NCBI GenBank assembly: GCA_965218975.1
Contig: OZ244717.1
Span: forward strand, 448,001-512,000
Direction: 5' to 3'
DNA length: 64,000 bases
Source: Candidatus Oxydemutatoraceae bacterium
Lineage (GTDB): Bacteria; Pseudomonadota; Gammaproteobacteria; Poriferisulfidales; Oxydemutatoraceae
Notes under the pieces: generated by a model
Seen by the model: only the letters and a program-made list of their open reading frames with translations
The model's database searches: none
Told to the model about the DNA's origin: nothing
Part shown: one piece after another, positions 44,931 through 59,527 of the stretch
Layout: each line of letters starts with the position of its first letter
Numbering within the stretch: the first letter of the stretch is position 1
Position numbers and translations under genes: made by a program

Positions 44931-46508
44931 GTGGCACAGGAAATGATGCGACCGGCAGTGTCGTTTTTCAGCATGACGTTGATCTCGCGCGTCTTCGGCT
45001 ATATTCGCGATGCCGTCATTATGATTTTTTTTGGCGCCGGAGGATTAACCGACGCATTTCTGGTCGCATTCCGTTTGCCGAATTTCCTGCGGCGTTTGTT
45101 TGCCGAGGGCGCGTTTTCGCAAGCATTTGTGCCGGTGCTGGCAGAATATCAAAAGCAAAATCCCGCAGAAATGCAAACATTCATCAATTGTGCCGCTGGC
45201 AGCTTGGGTGCGGTGTTGTTGGTATTGTCGGCGCTTGGCATGATCGGTGCACCATTGCTGATTCTTGTTATCGCCCCGGGGTTTAGTAACGATGCGGCGC
45301 AAATAACGCTATCGGCCGATTTATTGAGAATTATGTTCCCTTATATTATTTTTGTTTCATTGACGGCATTGATTGCAGGTATATTGAACGTGTATGGGTA
45401 TTTTGCAATTCCGGCGCTCACACCGGCGTTGCTTAATTTGTCGTTGATTGCCGCGACATTATGGCTCGCCCCGATTATGCAACAGCCGATTACTGCACTC
45501 GCATGGGGGGTGTTAATTGCAGGAAGCGCACAATTGTTATTGCAGTGGGTCACGCTCAAGCGTATCGGTCTTCATTTTAAGCTGATTTGGGGGTTTTATA
45601 ATGACGGAGTGCGGCGGGTTTTGCGTTTGATGTTGCCGACAGTATTGGGCGCGTCGGTGATACAGATTAATTTATTGATTGATACTATCATTGCGTCTTT
45701 TCTGGCAGCGGGAAGTATTAGTTGGTTGTATATTTCCGAACGGTTTGTCGGGTTGCCAATCGGTTTATTCGGTGTTGCTATCGCTACCGTATTATTGACG
45801 AGACTCTCGACACATTTTTCAACAGATAATCGTTCGGCATTTTGCGAAGCGCTAAGTTGGGGCAGCAGTATCGGTTGGTTATTGGCAATGCCTTGTGTCG
45901 TCGGTTTGACAGCGCTTGCCGAACCGATTCTAATATCGCTGGTGCAGTACCGTGCATTTTCTGCCGATGATACGGCAATGGCGCGGTTGAGTCTGATCGC
46001 TTATGCGACAGGTCTGCCCGCTTTTATTTTAGTCAAAATATTAAATGCAGGGTTTTTCTCACGACAAAATACTCGCCTGCCGGTGCGTACCGCACTGTCC
46101 GCTATGGCGGCGAATCTGATCATGAATTTGCTATTTGTTTGGTTGTGGAAGAAATCCGGCCAACCCGGCGCCCATGCCGGATTGGCATTGGCAACAAGCC
46201 TCGCTTCATGGTTAAACTACGCACTTCTTTATCATGCCTTAAAAAAAGAAGGGTATCAGATTATACTGCCGCAATCCTTGCTGGCAAAAGCCGTGATTGC
46301 TTGTGCAATAATGGGGTTCGTTTTACTCGGATTGTTATCTGTTACCCCTTCTTGGAACGATGCAATGGCGGTGCAACGCCTCTCCGCTCTTGGCGGGTTG
46401 ATGCTGATCGGGTTTGTCGTTTATGTATTGACATTACGGTTATTCGGAATACGTGCGCGGCAGTTAACGGCAATAGGAAAGATAAGTCGGGAGAGTAGTA
46501 ATGGATGA
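44931..46508 (+). CDS. murJ: Lipid II flippase MurJ
   Basis: SRVFGYIRD, DAFLVAFRLPNFLRRLFAEGAFSQAFVP. Confidence 0.95.
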   Translation: MAQEMMRPAVSFFSMTLISRVFGYIRDAVIMIFFGAGGLTDAFLVAFRLPNFLRRLFAEGAFSQAFVPVLAEYQKQNPAEMQTFINCAAGSLGAVLLVLSALGMIGAPLLILVIAPGFSNDAAQITLSADLLRIMFPYIIFVSLTALIAGILNVYGYFAIPALTPALLNLSLIAATLWLAPIMQQPITALAWGVLIAGSAQLLLQWVTLKRIGLHFKLIWGFYNDGVRRVLRLMLPTVLGASVIQINLLIDTIIASFLAAGSISWLYISERFVGLPIGLFGVAIATVLLTRLSTHFSTDNRSAFCEALSWGSSIGWLLAMPCVVGLTALAEPILISLVQYRAFSADDTAMARLSLIAYATGLPAFILVKILNAGFFSRQNTRLPVRTALSAMAANLIMNLLFVWLWKKSGQPGAHAGLALATSLASWLNYALLYHALKKEGYQIILPQSLLAKAVIACAIMGFVLLGLLSVTPSWNDAMAVQRLSALGGLMLIGFVVYVLTLRLFGIRARQLTAIGKISRESSNG

Positions 46509-46695
46509 CAGACAAGACAAACCTAATATCGCCCTCATTGGGGTTGGTACTCTCTTTGCCTCTATGGTGCTTGGCGGGTTTATTCTCGGCTACGCTATAG
46601 ATGTTTGGATTGATACGAACCCGTGGTTTATGTTAGGATTCGGCTTTTTTGGGCTTTTAGGCGGCATATTAAAAGCTCATAAACTATTGACTTGA
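46501..46695 (+). CDS. AtpZ/AtpI-like small membrane protein
   Basis: GYAIDVWIDTNPWF; first gene of the atp cluster. Confidence 0.75.
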   Translation: MDDRQDKPNIALIGVGTLFASMVLGGFILGYAIDVWIDTNPWFMLGFGFFGLLGGILKAHKLLT

Positions 46696-46707
46696 GTCAA
46701 CCTAACT

Positions 46708-47920
<1,213 letters not shown>

Positions 47921-47940
47921 TACTTTAATAGGAGAGTTGA

Positions 47941-48222
<282 letters not shown>

Positions 48223-48272
48223 CTACCTATCTGTAATCGCTCATTATCAGCCCCGTTAACTAAGAGAGCAAA

Positions 48273-48743
48273 ATGAATATCACCGCTACACTGCTTGCCC
48301 AGGTCGCTGCCTTTGTACTGCTGATCTGGATGGTGAACCGCTTACTGTGGACACCGCTAATCACCGCGCTGGAAAATCGCCGCAAGCAAATTTCCGAAGG
48401 TTTGTCAGCGGCGGAGGAAGGGAAAGAAAGCCTTGCCCAAGCACAGACGCAAGCCGGCAAGATTGAAAACCAAGCTCGAAGTAAAGCCGCAAAGATTATT
48501 ACAAACGCCGAAAAACGCGCCGCGGAGATTATTGATGAAGCAAAATCAGCCGCGCAACAAGAAGCCGAAAGAATTCATCACTCGGCGCAAACGGAAATTG
48601 ATCGAAACATCGCTCAAGCAAAAGAATCTCTGCGTGCTGAAGTGTCGACACTTGCCATGCTCGGCGCCAAGCAGATACTGCGCAAAGAGGTGGATGCTGA
48701 TATACATAGTGCGGCGCTTAAAGAGTTGGAAGATCAACTGTAG
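48273..48743 (+). CDS. atpF: ATP synthase F0 subunit b
   Basis: MNITATLLAQ, TM segment plus coiled coil. Confidence 0.95.
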   Translation: MNITATLLAQVAAFVLLIWMVNRLLWTPLITALENRRKQISEGLSAAEEGKESLAQAQTQAGKIENQARSKAAKIITNAEKRAAEIIDEAKSAAQQEAERIHHSAQTEIDRNIAQAKESLRAEVSTLAMLGAKQILRKEVDADIHSAALKELEDQL

Positions 48744-48752
48744 ATATTTCCG

Positions 48753-49292
48753 ATGTCCGAACCAATGACAATTGCCCGGCCCTATGCCCGTGCCGCATTT
48801 GAAATTGCCGACAGTGAAAAGCGGATTAGCCAATGGTCCGAATTTTTGCGGATACTCGGGCAAATTACCCAACAACCCGTTATCGCACGAATGATCGGTA
48901 ATCCGATGATTGACGGTGATACCGTTGCCGAAGTGTTGTGTTGCGGCTTTAGTGCCGGTTTGACTCCACGGCAAGGGAACTTCATACGTCTGCTGGCGGA
49001 TGCACGACGGCTGATGTTTACCTCTCGCATTGCCGAATTATTTGCCGACTATCAAGCGTCCGCCGAACAAACCATCAACGTCAACATTACTAGCGCGCAG
49101 CCGCTGACCGAAGAACAAACAACGATATTACAACAAGCGCTGCAACATCGTCTTAACCGACGAATTGTAGCGCGGCAACATACAGATGAGACACTGCTTG
49201 GCGGTGCCGTTATCCGTGCGGGCGATCAAGTGATTGATGGCTCGTTTAAGACCAAACTGGAAAAACTTTCCGCAGAACTCGCACATGAATAA
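48753..49292 (+). CDS. atpH: ATP synthase delta subunit
   Basis: TIARPYARAAF, LLGGAVIRAGDQVIDGS. Confidence 0.95.
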   Translation: MSEPMTIARPYARAAFEIADSEKRISQWSEFLRILGQITQQPVIARMIGNPMIDGDTVAEVLCCGFSAGLTPRQGNFIRLLADARRLMFTSRIAELFADYQASAEQTINVNITSAQPLTEEQTTILQQALQHRLNRRIVARQHTDETLLGGAVIRAGDQVIDGSFKTKLEKLSAELAHE

Positions 49293-49305
49293 TGAGGATT
49301 AAGCG

Positions 49306-50847
49306 ATGCAACTGAATGCAACCGAGATTAGTGATTTAATTAAGAAGAAAATTAAGAGTTTTCAAGCGCCTGCCGAAACACGCACGCAAGGAACAGTGAT
49401 CGGACTGACCGACGGTATCGTTCGAATCCATGGTCTGCGCGACGTAATGTACGGCGAGATGATTCAATTCGGCGACGATTTATTCGGCATGGCATTGAAC
49501 CTTGAACGTGACTCAGTCGGCGCCGTGGTACTGGGTAATTACCAAAATTTGACTGAAGGCGATACATGCTATTGCACTGGTAAAATACTTGAAGTGCCGG
49601 TCGGGCCTGTGCTTGAAGGGCGTGTGGTCGATGCTTTGGGTAATCCGATTGACGGTAAAGGGTCAATCGGCGCGAAACAAACCTTGCCGGTCGAACAAGT
49701 GGCGCCGGGAGTGATTACCCGGGTATCAGTTTCGCAACCGGTGCAAACCGGACTGAAAGCAATTGACTCTATGGTGCCGATCGGACGCGGGCAACGCGAA
49801 TTGATTATCGGTGACAGACAAGTCGGAAAAACTGCCGTCGCGATCGATACGATCATCAACCAAAAAGGCGGCAACCTAAAATGTATCTATGTCGCGGTCG
49901 GACAAAAGCAATCCTCTGTTGCCGGCGTTGTACGTAAGCTCGAAGAACACAGCGCGATGGAACACACGATTGTCGTTGCCGCAAGCGCTTCCGATCCGGC
50001 GCCGATGCAATTTTTGGCGCCGTTCGCAGGCTGCGCGATGGGTGAATACTATCGCGATTCCGGACAAGACGCATTAATCGTTTATGATGATTTGACTAAA
50101 CAAGCATGGGCATATCGCCAGATTTCACTACTTCTACGTCGTCCGCCGGGTCGCGAGGCATATCCCGGCGACATATTTTATTTGCACTCGCGCTTGCTTG
50201 AGCGCGCCGCACGCGTTAATGAATCGTATGTTGAGAAAGCCACCGGCGGTAAAGTGAAAGGACGCACCGGTTCTTTGACGGCGCTTCCCATTATCGAGAC
50301 TCAAGCGGGCGATGTGTCGGCATTTGTGCCGACCAATGTGATTTCTATCACCGACGGTCAAATTTTCCTTGAAACCGACTTGTTCAATTCGGGGTTCCGC
50401 CCGGCAATGAACGCCGGTCTGTCGGTGTCGCGCGTCGGCGGGGCGGCTCAAACAAATATTATTAAAAAGCTCGGTGGCGGGATACGGTTGGCGCTGGCGC
50501 AATATCGCGAACTAGCGGCATTCTCGCAGTTTGCGTCTGATCTCGATGAACAGACGCGTAAGCAGTTGGAGCGCGGCGAGCGGATTATGGAATTGATGAA
50601 ACAAAGACAATATTCGCCGTTATCAATCGCAGCAACGGCAGCCTCCTTGTTTGTCGCCGATAAGGGTTATTTAGACGACGTTGAAACGAGTAAAGTCGGT
50701 GCGTTTGAAAATGCCATGCATTCTTTCATGCGCGGCGAGCATCAGGAGCTAATGAATCAAATCAATGAAAATGCCGATTATAACGACGCTATTGAAGCGC
50801 AGTTGAAAGCCGCGGTTGAAAAATTCAAAACCGGCGGTTCATGGTAA
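49306..50847 (+). CDS. atpA: ATP synthase alpha subunit
   Basis: [29 protein letters not shown]. Confidence 0.98.
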   Translation: MQLNATEISDLIKKKIKSFQAPAETRTQGTVIGLTDGIVRIHGLRDVMYGEMIQFGDDLFGMALNLERDSVGAVVLGNYQNLTEGDTCYCTGKILEVPVGPVLEGRVVDALGNPIDGKGSIGAKQTLPVEQVAPGVITRVSVSQPVQTGLKAIDSMVPIGRGQRELIIGDRQVGKTAVAIDTIINQKGGNLKCIYVAVGQKQSSVAGVVRKLEEHSAMEHTIVVAASASDPAPMQFLAPFAGCAMGEYYRDSGQDALIVYDDLTKQAWAYRQISLLLRRPPGREAYPGDIFYLHSRLLERAARVNESYVEKATGGKVKGRTGSLTALPIIETQAGDVSAFVPTNVISITDGQIFLETDLFNSGFRPAMNAGLSVSRVGGAAQTNIIKKLGGGIRLALAQYRELAAFSQFASDLDEQTRKQLERGERIMELMKQRQYSPLSIAATAASLFVADKGYLDDVETSKVGAFENAMHSFMRGEHQELMNQINENADYNDAIEAQLKAAVEKFKTGGSW

Positions 50848-50888
50848 ATATTTAATTGCGAATTTTAACTAAGAGGAAACCATAATAA

Positions 50889-51752
50889 ATGGCGGGCGAA
50901 AAAGAAATCCGTTCAAAGATTGCCAGCGTTAAGAACACGCAAAAGATCACAAAAGCGATGGAGATGGTAGCGGCAAGTAAAATGCGTCGGGCGCAGGAGC
51001 GCATGGCGGCGAGCCGTCCGTATGCCGAGAAAATCCGTGAGGCAATCGGGCACGTTGCCAACGCGCAAGCGGAGTATCAACATTCTTACCTGATTCGACG
51101 CGAGCCGGTTAAAAGTGTCGGATTCGTCGTGGTTTCGACCGACCGCGGATTATGCGGCGGCTTGAATGTCAATATTATGAAAACAGGAATGGCGGCGATG
51201 CGAGAATGGCTGGACCGGAAAGTTAAAGTTACGGTTACAGCCATTGGCAATAAAGCGGCGGGATTTTACCGCCGGTTCGGCAATCTGGTTTCGGAGACTG
51301 CCCATCTTGGCGATACCCCGCGGCTTGACGATGTGGTCGGCGCTATTAAGACAATGTTGGATGCTTATGATAACGAGGAAATTGATCGCCTATTCTTGGT
51401 AGAAAATAAATTTGTCAATACGATGATACAAAAACCGAGAACGATACAATTGTTGCCGGCCGAGCCATCGGTATCCGAGGAAGTTGCCGGCGGACGCTGG
51501 GATTATATTTATGAGCCCGAAGCGGCGCCGGTATTGGATACAATGCTTAAACGCTACATTGAATCACAAATTTACCAAGCGGTGATTGAAAACGTTGCCT
51601 GTGAAATGGCAGCACGGATGGTTGCAATGAAAAGCGCGTCGGAAAATGCCGGCGAGCTGATTTCCGATTTGCAACTGGTATACAACAAAGCGCGCCAAGC
51701 GGCAATTACTCAAGAGCTTTCCGAGATTGTCGGCGGCGCGGCGGCAGTATAA
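50889..51752 (+). CDS. atpG: ATP synthase gamma subunit
   Basis: [32 protein letters not shown]. Confidence 0.97.
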   Translation: MAGEKEIRSKIASVKNTQKITKAMEMVAASKMRRAQERMAASRPYAEKIREAIGHVANAQAEYQHSYLIRREPVKSVGFVVVSTDRGLCGGLNVNIMKTGMAAMREWLDRKVKVTVTAIGNKAAGFYRRFGNLVSETAHLGDTPRLDDVVGAIKTMLDAYDNEEIDRLFLVENKFVNTMIQKPRTIQLLPAEPSVSEEVAGGRWDYIYEPEAAPVLDTMLKRYIESQIYQAVIENVACEMAARMVAMKSASENAGELISDLQLVYNKARQAAITQELSEIVGGAAAV

Positions 51753-51768
51753 ACACCAGCCTATTTGA

Positions 51769-53160
<1,392 letters not shown>

Positions 53161-53165
53161 GATTT

Positions 53166-53588
53166 ATGTCCACGATAGCTGTTCGCATTGTCAGCGCCGA
53201 GCAAGAAATTTTCAGCGGTGATGTTAGCGCCGTGTTTGCTTCGGCGGAAATGGGGGAAGTGGGTATCTTCCCGCAGCACGCACCCTTGTTGACTCGTTTG
53301 CGTCCCGGCAATGTGAGGATACAGCGCGAAGGCGAAGAGGAAGAACATTTTTTTGTCTCGGGCGGTATTCTTGAAGTGCAACCGAATATAGTGACCGTAC
53401 TTGCCGATACGGTCTTGCGTGGTGACGATTTGGACGAAGCGCGTGCCGAAGAAGCGCGTCAGCGTGCCGAAGAAGCATTGCAGTCTAAGATGACCGAGCA
53501 GGAAACTGCCAAAGCAATGGCGGAACTTGCTCAAGCTGCCGCGCAACTGCGGATGATTGAAGAGTTGCGCAAGATGCGACGGAGGTAA
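53166..53588 (+). CDS. atpC: ATP synthase epsilon subunit
   Basis: [23 protein letters not shown]. Confidence 0.96.
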   Translation: MSTIAVRIVSAEQEIFSGDVSAVFASAEMGEVGIFPQHAPLLTRLRPGNVRIQREGEEEEHFFVSGGILEVQPNIVTVLADTVLRGDDLDEARAEEARQRAEEALQSKMTEQETAKAMAELAQAAAQLRMIEELRKMRRR

Positions 53589-53756
53589 CTAATGTCTGCT
53601 CAAACTCCGGTGTACGTACCCAATACATTCCGGATGTTTTTAGGGCTGCTGGGGGCGCGCAATCCGGTATGGGGATTGTTCCCTATAAACCGGCATACAC
53701 TCGGTGCAGCCTACAGCAGTGCGCATTTGAGCCTATACTTACGGTATGATAGCACT

Positions 53757-54044
53757 ATGCAGATTAAAAACTTCATCACACCCTTGTTTGCGGGAATCGC
53801 CTGGCTGGTCGGCATAATCCTGTTTGCTCAACTTCTGAGCGGGACATTTGAAACCCGCAGTTGCACCACCGCTTGTGTACAAACGCTTTACTGGATAGCA
53901 TTGGTTGTCGCGGGGACCGGTTGGCTGCTCGGAGCGGTCCTTCTGCCAAAAATGCGTAACGCAGTAACGATAATCAGCATGGCGGCATTAACCGGTCTGT
54001 TGGGAATTTTTGTTGTAATGATGTTTATCGGAACATTTCTTTAG
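53757..54044 (+). CDS. Small membrane protein
   Basis: Three hydrophobic segments from MQIKNF, CxxxC in a loop. Confidence 0.55.
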   Translation: MQIKNFITPLFAGIAWLVGIILFAQLLSGTFETRSCTTACVQTLYWIALVVAGTGWLLGAVLLPKMRNAVTIISMAALTGLLGIFVVMMFIGTFL

Positions 54045-54067
54045 ATCGTGGTTTTTTTACTTCCGGT

Positions 54068-56140
54068 CTAAACTTCGGCATACTTCGTCGCTGCCCCTAA
54101 CCACCGAGTGATCAACTTGTCGGTAATCTCGGGTTGCGATTGTGCTAATTGTTCGGCAAGACTACGCACAACGCTTAATTGCGCCATATCGCGCGCCAAG
54201 TCGGCAATCCGAAAATTCACCTCTCCCGTCTGCCGCGTACCCAACACTTCGCCCGGACCGCGGATTCGCATATCTTCCTGCGCTACCTCAAAACCATCGT
54301 TCGTACGTTTCATCACATCCAAGCGTCGCCTTGCTGTCGGTGATAAAGGCACCGAATACATCAACACACAGCTAGCTTGCCGCTGATTGCGACCGACCCG
54401 TCCACGCAATTGATGTAATTGTGCCAAACCGAATCGTTCGGCATTTTCAATAATCATCAAACCGGCATTCGGCACATCAACACCGACTTCAATAATCGTT
54501 GTTGCTACTAGCAAACTGATTTCGCCTTGTTTGAATGCTGCCAGCGCTGCCTCGCGCTCTGCCGGCTTTGTTTGTCCGTGAATCATCTGTGCGGTGACTT
54601 CAGGCATTTCATGTTGCAATAACTGATAGGTTTGTTCGGCGGTTTGATACTGCAGCTTTTCTGATTCCTTAATCAACGGGCAAACCCAAAAAGCCTGCCA
54701 TCCTTGCAGACAGGCGTTACGCACTCGCTCAATCACTTCGTCGCGCCGAGTATCCGCAATCGCAACCGTTTTCACTGCTTGTCTCCCCGGCGGCAGTTCA
54801 TCAATTACCGAATAATCAAAATCAGCGTACATGGTCATCGCCAAACTGCGCGGAATGGGCGTTGCTGTCATAATCAATTGATGAGGATGGGTATCGCCGT
54901 GTTCGCCTTTTTGCTTAAACGCCAACCGCTGATGCACACCAAAACGATGTTGTTCATCCACTACTAATAATGCCAGCGCGGCAAACTCAACTTGTTTTTG
55001 AAACAAAGCGTGCGTGCCAACTACAATATTCGCTTCACCATTGCGAATTTGACGGCGGGAGGCCCGTACCGATGCCGTTTTCTGCTTGCTAGTGAGCAGG
55101 CAAACGCGGAAACCTAAATCATTCAGCAATGAATGTAAATTTTGATAATGCTGCTCGGCAAGAATTTCGGTCGGCGCCATCAACGCTGCTTGTTTATCGT
55201 TTGCAACCGCTGCCAGCATCGCTGCCACCGCAACCAACGTCTTGCCTGAGCCGACATCCCCTTGCACTAAACGTACCATCGGTTCGGCATGAGATAAATC
55301 GGAGAATATTTCACCGACTACCCTTTGTTGCGCATTGGTTAGATGAAACGGCAGATTTTTCTGTAAGCGGTTAAACAAACCTCTCGGAGCACTGAGAGCA
55401 ATAGCTTTTTGCCGTTTAACATTTCTGCACAAGCGACGTAAACCCAGCGTGTGCGCGAGCATTTCTTCAAGCGCCAACCGTTTTTGTGCCGGATGTTCAC
55501 CAGCTTGCAGAAGTTCAATGTCGGCATCGGCGGGCGGACGATGGATATAACGAATCGCCTCTTTCAATGAGGCTTGTGACGTAAACTGCACTAGTATATT
55601 CTGCGGCAACAGCTCTTCAAGATTATTATCATCGTGTCGCAACCAATTCAATGCCAAATCGGTAAACTTACGCCAGCTGAACTGATTAATACCTTCAATA
55701 GTCGGGTAGACCGGCATATATGCCGGCTCATAATCGGTATCGCCGGTATTGACAAACCGATATTCCGGATGAATCATTTCTAAGCCTTTTTTTGTCCGCC
55801 GCGCTGTGCCAAAACAACGCAGAAACCGTCCGACTCCCAAGGTGGCTTGCTGTGCTTTTGAAAAATAGAAGAACTTAAGCTCCAAACACCCGGTTTTATC
55901 ACAAATACGCACGACCAATGTCCGCCGTCCACGGTATACGACTTGGACATGCTCAATCGTCCCCCTTACCAGAGTGTCGTGATGCGTGGGCAGGCTGGCG
56001 ATGGAATAAACGCGCGTTCGGTCTTGATAGCGAAAAGGAAAATGAAACAGTAAATCCTCAATCGTGCGAATCCCTAATTTGCCCAACTTCTCCGCAACCC
56101 GAACGCCAATCCCGTGCAGTTGTGTAACCGATACGCTCAT
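54068..56140 (-). CDS. recG: ATP-dependent DNA helicase RecG
   Basis: QGDVGSGKT, DEQHRFG, MTATPIPR, QLHQLRGRVGR. Confidence 0.97.
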   Translation of the reverse strand: MSVSVTQLHGIGVRVAEKLGKLGIRTIEDLLFHFPFRYQDRTRVYSIASLPTHHDTLVRGTIEHVQVVYRGRRTLVVRICDKTGCLELKFFYFSKAQQATLGVGRFLRCFGTARRTKKGLEMIHPEYRFVNTGDTDYEPAYMPVYPTIEGINQFSWRKFTDLALNWLRHDDNNLEELLPQNILVQFTSQASLKEAIRYIHRPPADADIELLQAGEHPAQKRLALEEMLAHTLGLRRLCRNVKRQKAIALSAPRGLFNRLQKNLPFHLTNAQQRVVGEIFSDLSHAEPMVRLVQGDVGSGKTLVAVAAMLAAVANDKQAALMAPTEILAEQHYQNLHSLLNDLGFRVCLLTSKQKTASVRASRRQIRNGEANIVVGTHALFQKQVEFAALALLVVDEQHRFGVHQRLAFKQKGEHGDTHPHQLIMTATPIPRSLAMTMYADFDYSVIDELPPGRQAVKTVAIADTRRDEVIERVRNACLQGWQAFWVCPLIKESEKLQYQTAEQTYQLLQHEMPEVTAQMIHGQTKPAEREAALAAFKQGEISLLVATTIIEVGVDVPNAGLMIIENAERFGLAQLHQLRGRVGRNQRQASCVLMYSVPLSPTARRRLDVMKRTNDGFEVAQEDMRIRGPGEVLGTRQTGEVNFRIADLARDMAQLSVVRSLAEQLAQSQPEITDKLITRWLGAATKYAEV

Positions 56141-56163
56141 TGAAACACGTCTGTTTAGTTAAG

Positions 56164-56553
56164 TTATTCGCGATCAACCACCATAATGGCATCTATTTCA
56201 ACTTGCGCGCCTTTTGGTAGAGCCGCAACTTCCACCACCGCGCGTGCCGGATAAGGCGCGCTAAAATGCTCTGCCATAATCATATTTACTGACGGAAAAT
56301 GGGTCAGGTCGGTTAGATAAATATGCATCTTTACAATGTTGTCGAAACAACCGCCGGCAGCGTGCGCCACTGCTTCCAAGTTGCAAAAAACCTGGTGTGT
56401 CTGGGCGTCAATGCCACCGTCAATCAGTTCCATAGTCGTCGGTACCAAAGGAATTTGACCGGATAAATAAACGGTATCGCCGCTTCGCACCGCTTGTGAG
56501 TAAGTTCCGATCGCTTGCGGCGCGTCGGTGGTTTGAATAATCGTCTTGCTCAT
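56164..56553 (-). CDS. ridA: RidA/YjgF family enamine deaminase
   Basis: [28 protein letters not shown]. Confidence 0.92.
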   Translation of the reverse strand: MSKTIIQTTDAPQAIGTYSQAVRSGDTVYLSGQIPLVPTTMELIDGGIDAQTHQVFCNLEAVAHAAGGCFDNIVKMHIYLTDLTHFPSVNMIMAEHFSAPYPARAVVEVAALPKGAQVEIDAIMVVDRE

Positions 56554-56621
56554 GCCAGTATTTTCAGAGTAAGCCGTTTCAGGACAGTACGGATTTGCGA
56601 ATTATAGTATAAAAGCGCTTA

Positions 56622-58787
56622 CTATACACGCATAACGCGGATGCTCTGCGAAAGATTATGAATTTTACGGATGATTTTTGCCAAATGGTCACGGTTTTTT
56701 ACCGCAATAACAAAAGTGAGCGCAACCAATCCGCTGGCGCGATTGTCAATCGTGATGTTTTCAATATTAGACCCCAACCGTGCAATCTGCCCGGCGATAA
56801 CGGCAAGCATGCCACGTTTGTGCTGCACAATGACTCGTATAGATGCCTGATACTCAACATCGGTCGCGCGCGGCGACCATTCCAGAAACAGACGACCATG
56901 TCTGTTGTCGGCGCTTGTCGACATGTTTGAGCATTCATTGCGATGTATCACCAACCCTTTGCCCGGATTCATATTGCCAAAAATTCTATCCCCAGGAATC
57001 GGGTAACAACATTTCGCATACGTCACTACCATTCCCTCAGTGCCTTTGATGGCAAGCGCCGACGTAGAGGCGCTTGATGCAGCACTATGCGCTATTTTTT
57101 CACCGAGTAATCGTCGTGTGACCAATGCCGACATCTGTTTGCCCAAACCGATTTCTTGAAACAGTTCATCGGGCTTGTTCCATCCAAACTCGATTAGCAA
57201 TCGGTTAAACGCTTGCGGAGCAAGTGTTGCAAGGTTGCTACCGTAAGCCTTCAAAGATTGCTCAAGTAGCGTTTTGCCCAACTCAATCGCGGCATCGGTG
57301 TGCAGTTGTTTTAAGTGACGCCGAATGGCAACCCGTGCTTTTGGAGTGACGGCAAAACTTAGCCATTGCGGTTTGGCTTGGATAAATCCTCCGTTGGTCA
57401 AAATTTCCACCGTTTGCCCTGTACGCAATTCTTGGCTGATGCAGCAAGCTTTTTTATTAATCAATGCCGCAGTGCAGCCCAAACCGATGTCGGTGTGAAC
57501 AGCGAACGCGAAATCCAACATCGTCGCGCCGCGCGGCAGAGTAATGATCTTCCCCTTCGGAGTGAATACATACACCTCGTCGTCAAACAAGCTACCTTTG
57601 AACTGCTCCATAAACTCTTCGGCTCCGTCGTCATCCTGCATATCAATCAATCCCTGCACCCACTCACGCGCTTTAATATGCTCGGACGCAACCGTCGTGA
57701 TATTACTACCGTCGGTCTTATACAACACATGCGCGGCAATGCCCTGTTCGGCAACGGCATTCATATCATACGTACGGATTTGCACTTCCAGAGGGATGCC
57801 GTGCGGACCAAAGAGCACCGTATGTAACGATTGATAACCGTTTGGTTTCGGAATCGCAATGTAATCCTTGAAACACCCCGGTTTGGGACGGTACAAATTA
57901 TGTACCAATCCGAGAATACGATAGCAGTTATCAACGTTTGTCGTCTTGATACGTATCGCCATGATATCCATAATCTGCGAGAAGGACAGTTGCTTTTCGC
58001 GCATTTTTCGATAGATGCTGTACACATCTTTGCGGCGGTTAAAAATCTCATGCTGAATATGATGCAGATTGAGTATCTCGGTGATGTGCCGACATACCTT
58101 CGTCATGTCATCCTGATATTTATCAATGTTTTTATTAATCGCTACAGTTAAAACGCGATGGCGTAACGGATACAAGTTGACAAATCCCAACTCCTCCAAC
58201 TCACGGCGCACTCGATCTATGCCTAAGCGTTGAGCAATCGGCGCGTAAATTCCCAATGTTTCGCGCGCGACATTACAGCGACTCCGGTGTGTCTTATATT
58301 CCAGCGTACGCATGTTATGCAGGCGATCGGCAAGTTTTACAAGAATCACTCGCAAATCTTTTGTCATCGCCAATAGCATTTTCTGAAAGCTTTCGGCTTG
58401 CCCGATTTTTCTCTGCTGCGAGCCTAAATGTTCAATTTTGCTAACCCCGTCAACGATGTCGGCAACTTGCGTGCCGAACATCCCAACGATTTCATCTTTA
58501 CAAACTTTAGTATCTTCTAACACATCGTGCAATAAACCCGCAATGATGGCAGCGGCATCCAACTTTAATTCGGCAATGACTCGCGCGACCTGCAAGGGGT
58601 GAGAAATATACGGTTCACCTGATAAACGCAACTGTCCCGAATGCGCTTGCGCGCTGAATTGATAAGCGTGTTCAATATCAGCGATATCTTGCACGGATAG
58701 ATACGACAACTGTGCATAAAAATCTTGCGGGAGACGGTCGGGGACGACCTGATCTACGGTTGCTGCATGCCCTGCCCGCAATTCCAT
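56622..58787 (-). CDS. spoT: Bifunctional (p)ppGpp synthetase/hydrolase
   Basis: HSGQLRLSGEPYISHP, LHDVLED, KLADRLHNMRT, KPNGYQSLHT, TGS and ACT domains. Confidence 0.96.
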   Translation of the reverse strand: MELRAGHAATVDQVVPDRLPQDFYAQLSYLSVQDIADIEHAYQFSAQAHSGQLRLSGEPYISHPLQVARVIAELKLDAAAIIAGLLHDVLEDTKVCKDEIVGMFGTQVADIVDGVSKIEHLGSQQRKIGQAESFQKMLLAMTKDLRVILVKLADRLHNMRTLEYKTHRSRCNVARETLGIYAPIAQRLGIDRVRRELEELGFVNLYPLRHRVLTVAINKNIDKYQDDMTKVCRHITEILNLHHIQHEIFNRRKDVYSIYRKMREKQLSFSQIMDIMAIRIKTTNVDNCYRILGLVHNLYRPKPGCFKDYIAIPKPNGYQSLHTVLFGPHGIPLEVQIRTYDMNAVAEQGIAAHVLYKTDGSNITTVASEHIKAREWVQGLIDMQDDDGAEEFMEQFKGSLFDDEVYVFTPKGKIITLPRGATMLDFAFAVHTDIGLGCTAALINKKACCISQELRTGQTVEILTNGGFIQAKPQWLSFAVTPKARVAIRRHLKQLHTDAAIELGKTLLEQSLKAYGSNLATLAPQAFNRLLIEFGWNKPDELFQEIGLGKQMSALVTRRLLGEKIAHSAASSASTSALAIKGTEGMVVTYAKCCYPIPGDRIFGNMNPGKGLVIHRNECSNMSTSADNRHGRLFLEWSPRATDVEYQASIRVIVQHKRGMLAVIAGQIARLGSNIENITIDNRASGLVALTFVIAVKNRDHLAKIIRKIHNLSQSIRVMRV

Positions 58788-58855
58788 TGCAAGTTATTGA
58801 GCGGGCGGTCCCGTGCGCTTTGCCCAGATTGCATGGTTAAAAAGACACAACCGCT

Positions 58856-59527
58856 TCATGCGTTTTTTTCTTCGTCTGCTGCCTGAGAAATCGTGTCCAA
58901 ATTTAAATCCGCCATGTTTTCCATCGCTTCGGCAGTCTGAGCATTTATTTCGTCACTATCCGTTTCAGGCTGTTGGGCTTCTTCTTCGCTTTGCAGGCTT
59001 TCAAGGCTGACAATTCTTGGATTATAAGCTGCGTCTTTAGAGGTTGTTTTATCCTCGGAAATGTCTGTCTCATTCGTATTATTACCGAACATTCTATTCG
59101 GCACATCTTCATTATCATCATCCGATGATGCGCTTTCCGCACCTTCGGTGCCTTCAGGCAACATCACCTCATTCGCTGCACCTTCTGCTATGCCTTCGTT
59201 GAAGTTTGCTCTCAAATTGCCGACTTCCATACCGGGGACGGCGACCGCACCGGGCCGCATGTTGATGTCATTAGCCAGCAGTCCGGCTAAACTTTTTCCA
59301 GACCCGGCGAGAGTCGGTTCAATCAACGGTTCATTCAACACGCTCTCGTCAACTTTGCCTTCGGCAATTTCGCGTAGGGAGACAACGGTTGTTTTGTGCT
59401 TATCCGACGACTCGATACGCGCCTCGGAGCCGGTGTGTAACAGTCGTGCACGGTGGCTAGCAATCCGCACCAGTTGAAAATGGTTTTTAATTTTCTGAAG
59501 ACAATCTTCTACAGTAATACGCGCCAT
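58856..59527 (-). CDS. rpoZ: RNA polymerase omega subunit with long acidic C-terminal extension
   Basis: MARITVEDC...RARLL...TVVSLREIAEG; upstream of spoT. Confidence 0.9.
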   Translation of the reverse strand: MARITVEDCLQKIKNHFQLVRIASHRARLLHTGSEARIESSDKHKTTVVSLREIAEGKVDESVLNEPLIEPTLAGSGKSLAGLLANDINMRPGAVAVPGMEVGNLRANFNEGIAEGAANEVMLPEGTEGAESASSDDDNEDVPNRMFGNNTNETDISEDKTTSKDAAYNPRIVSLESLQSEEEAQQPETDSDEINAQTAEAMENMADLNLDTISQAADEEKNA

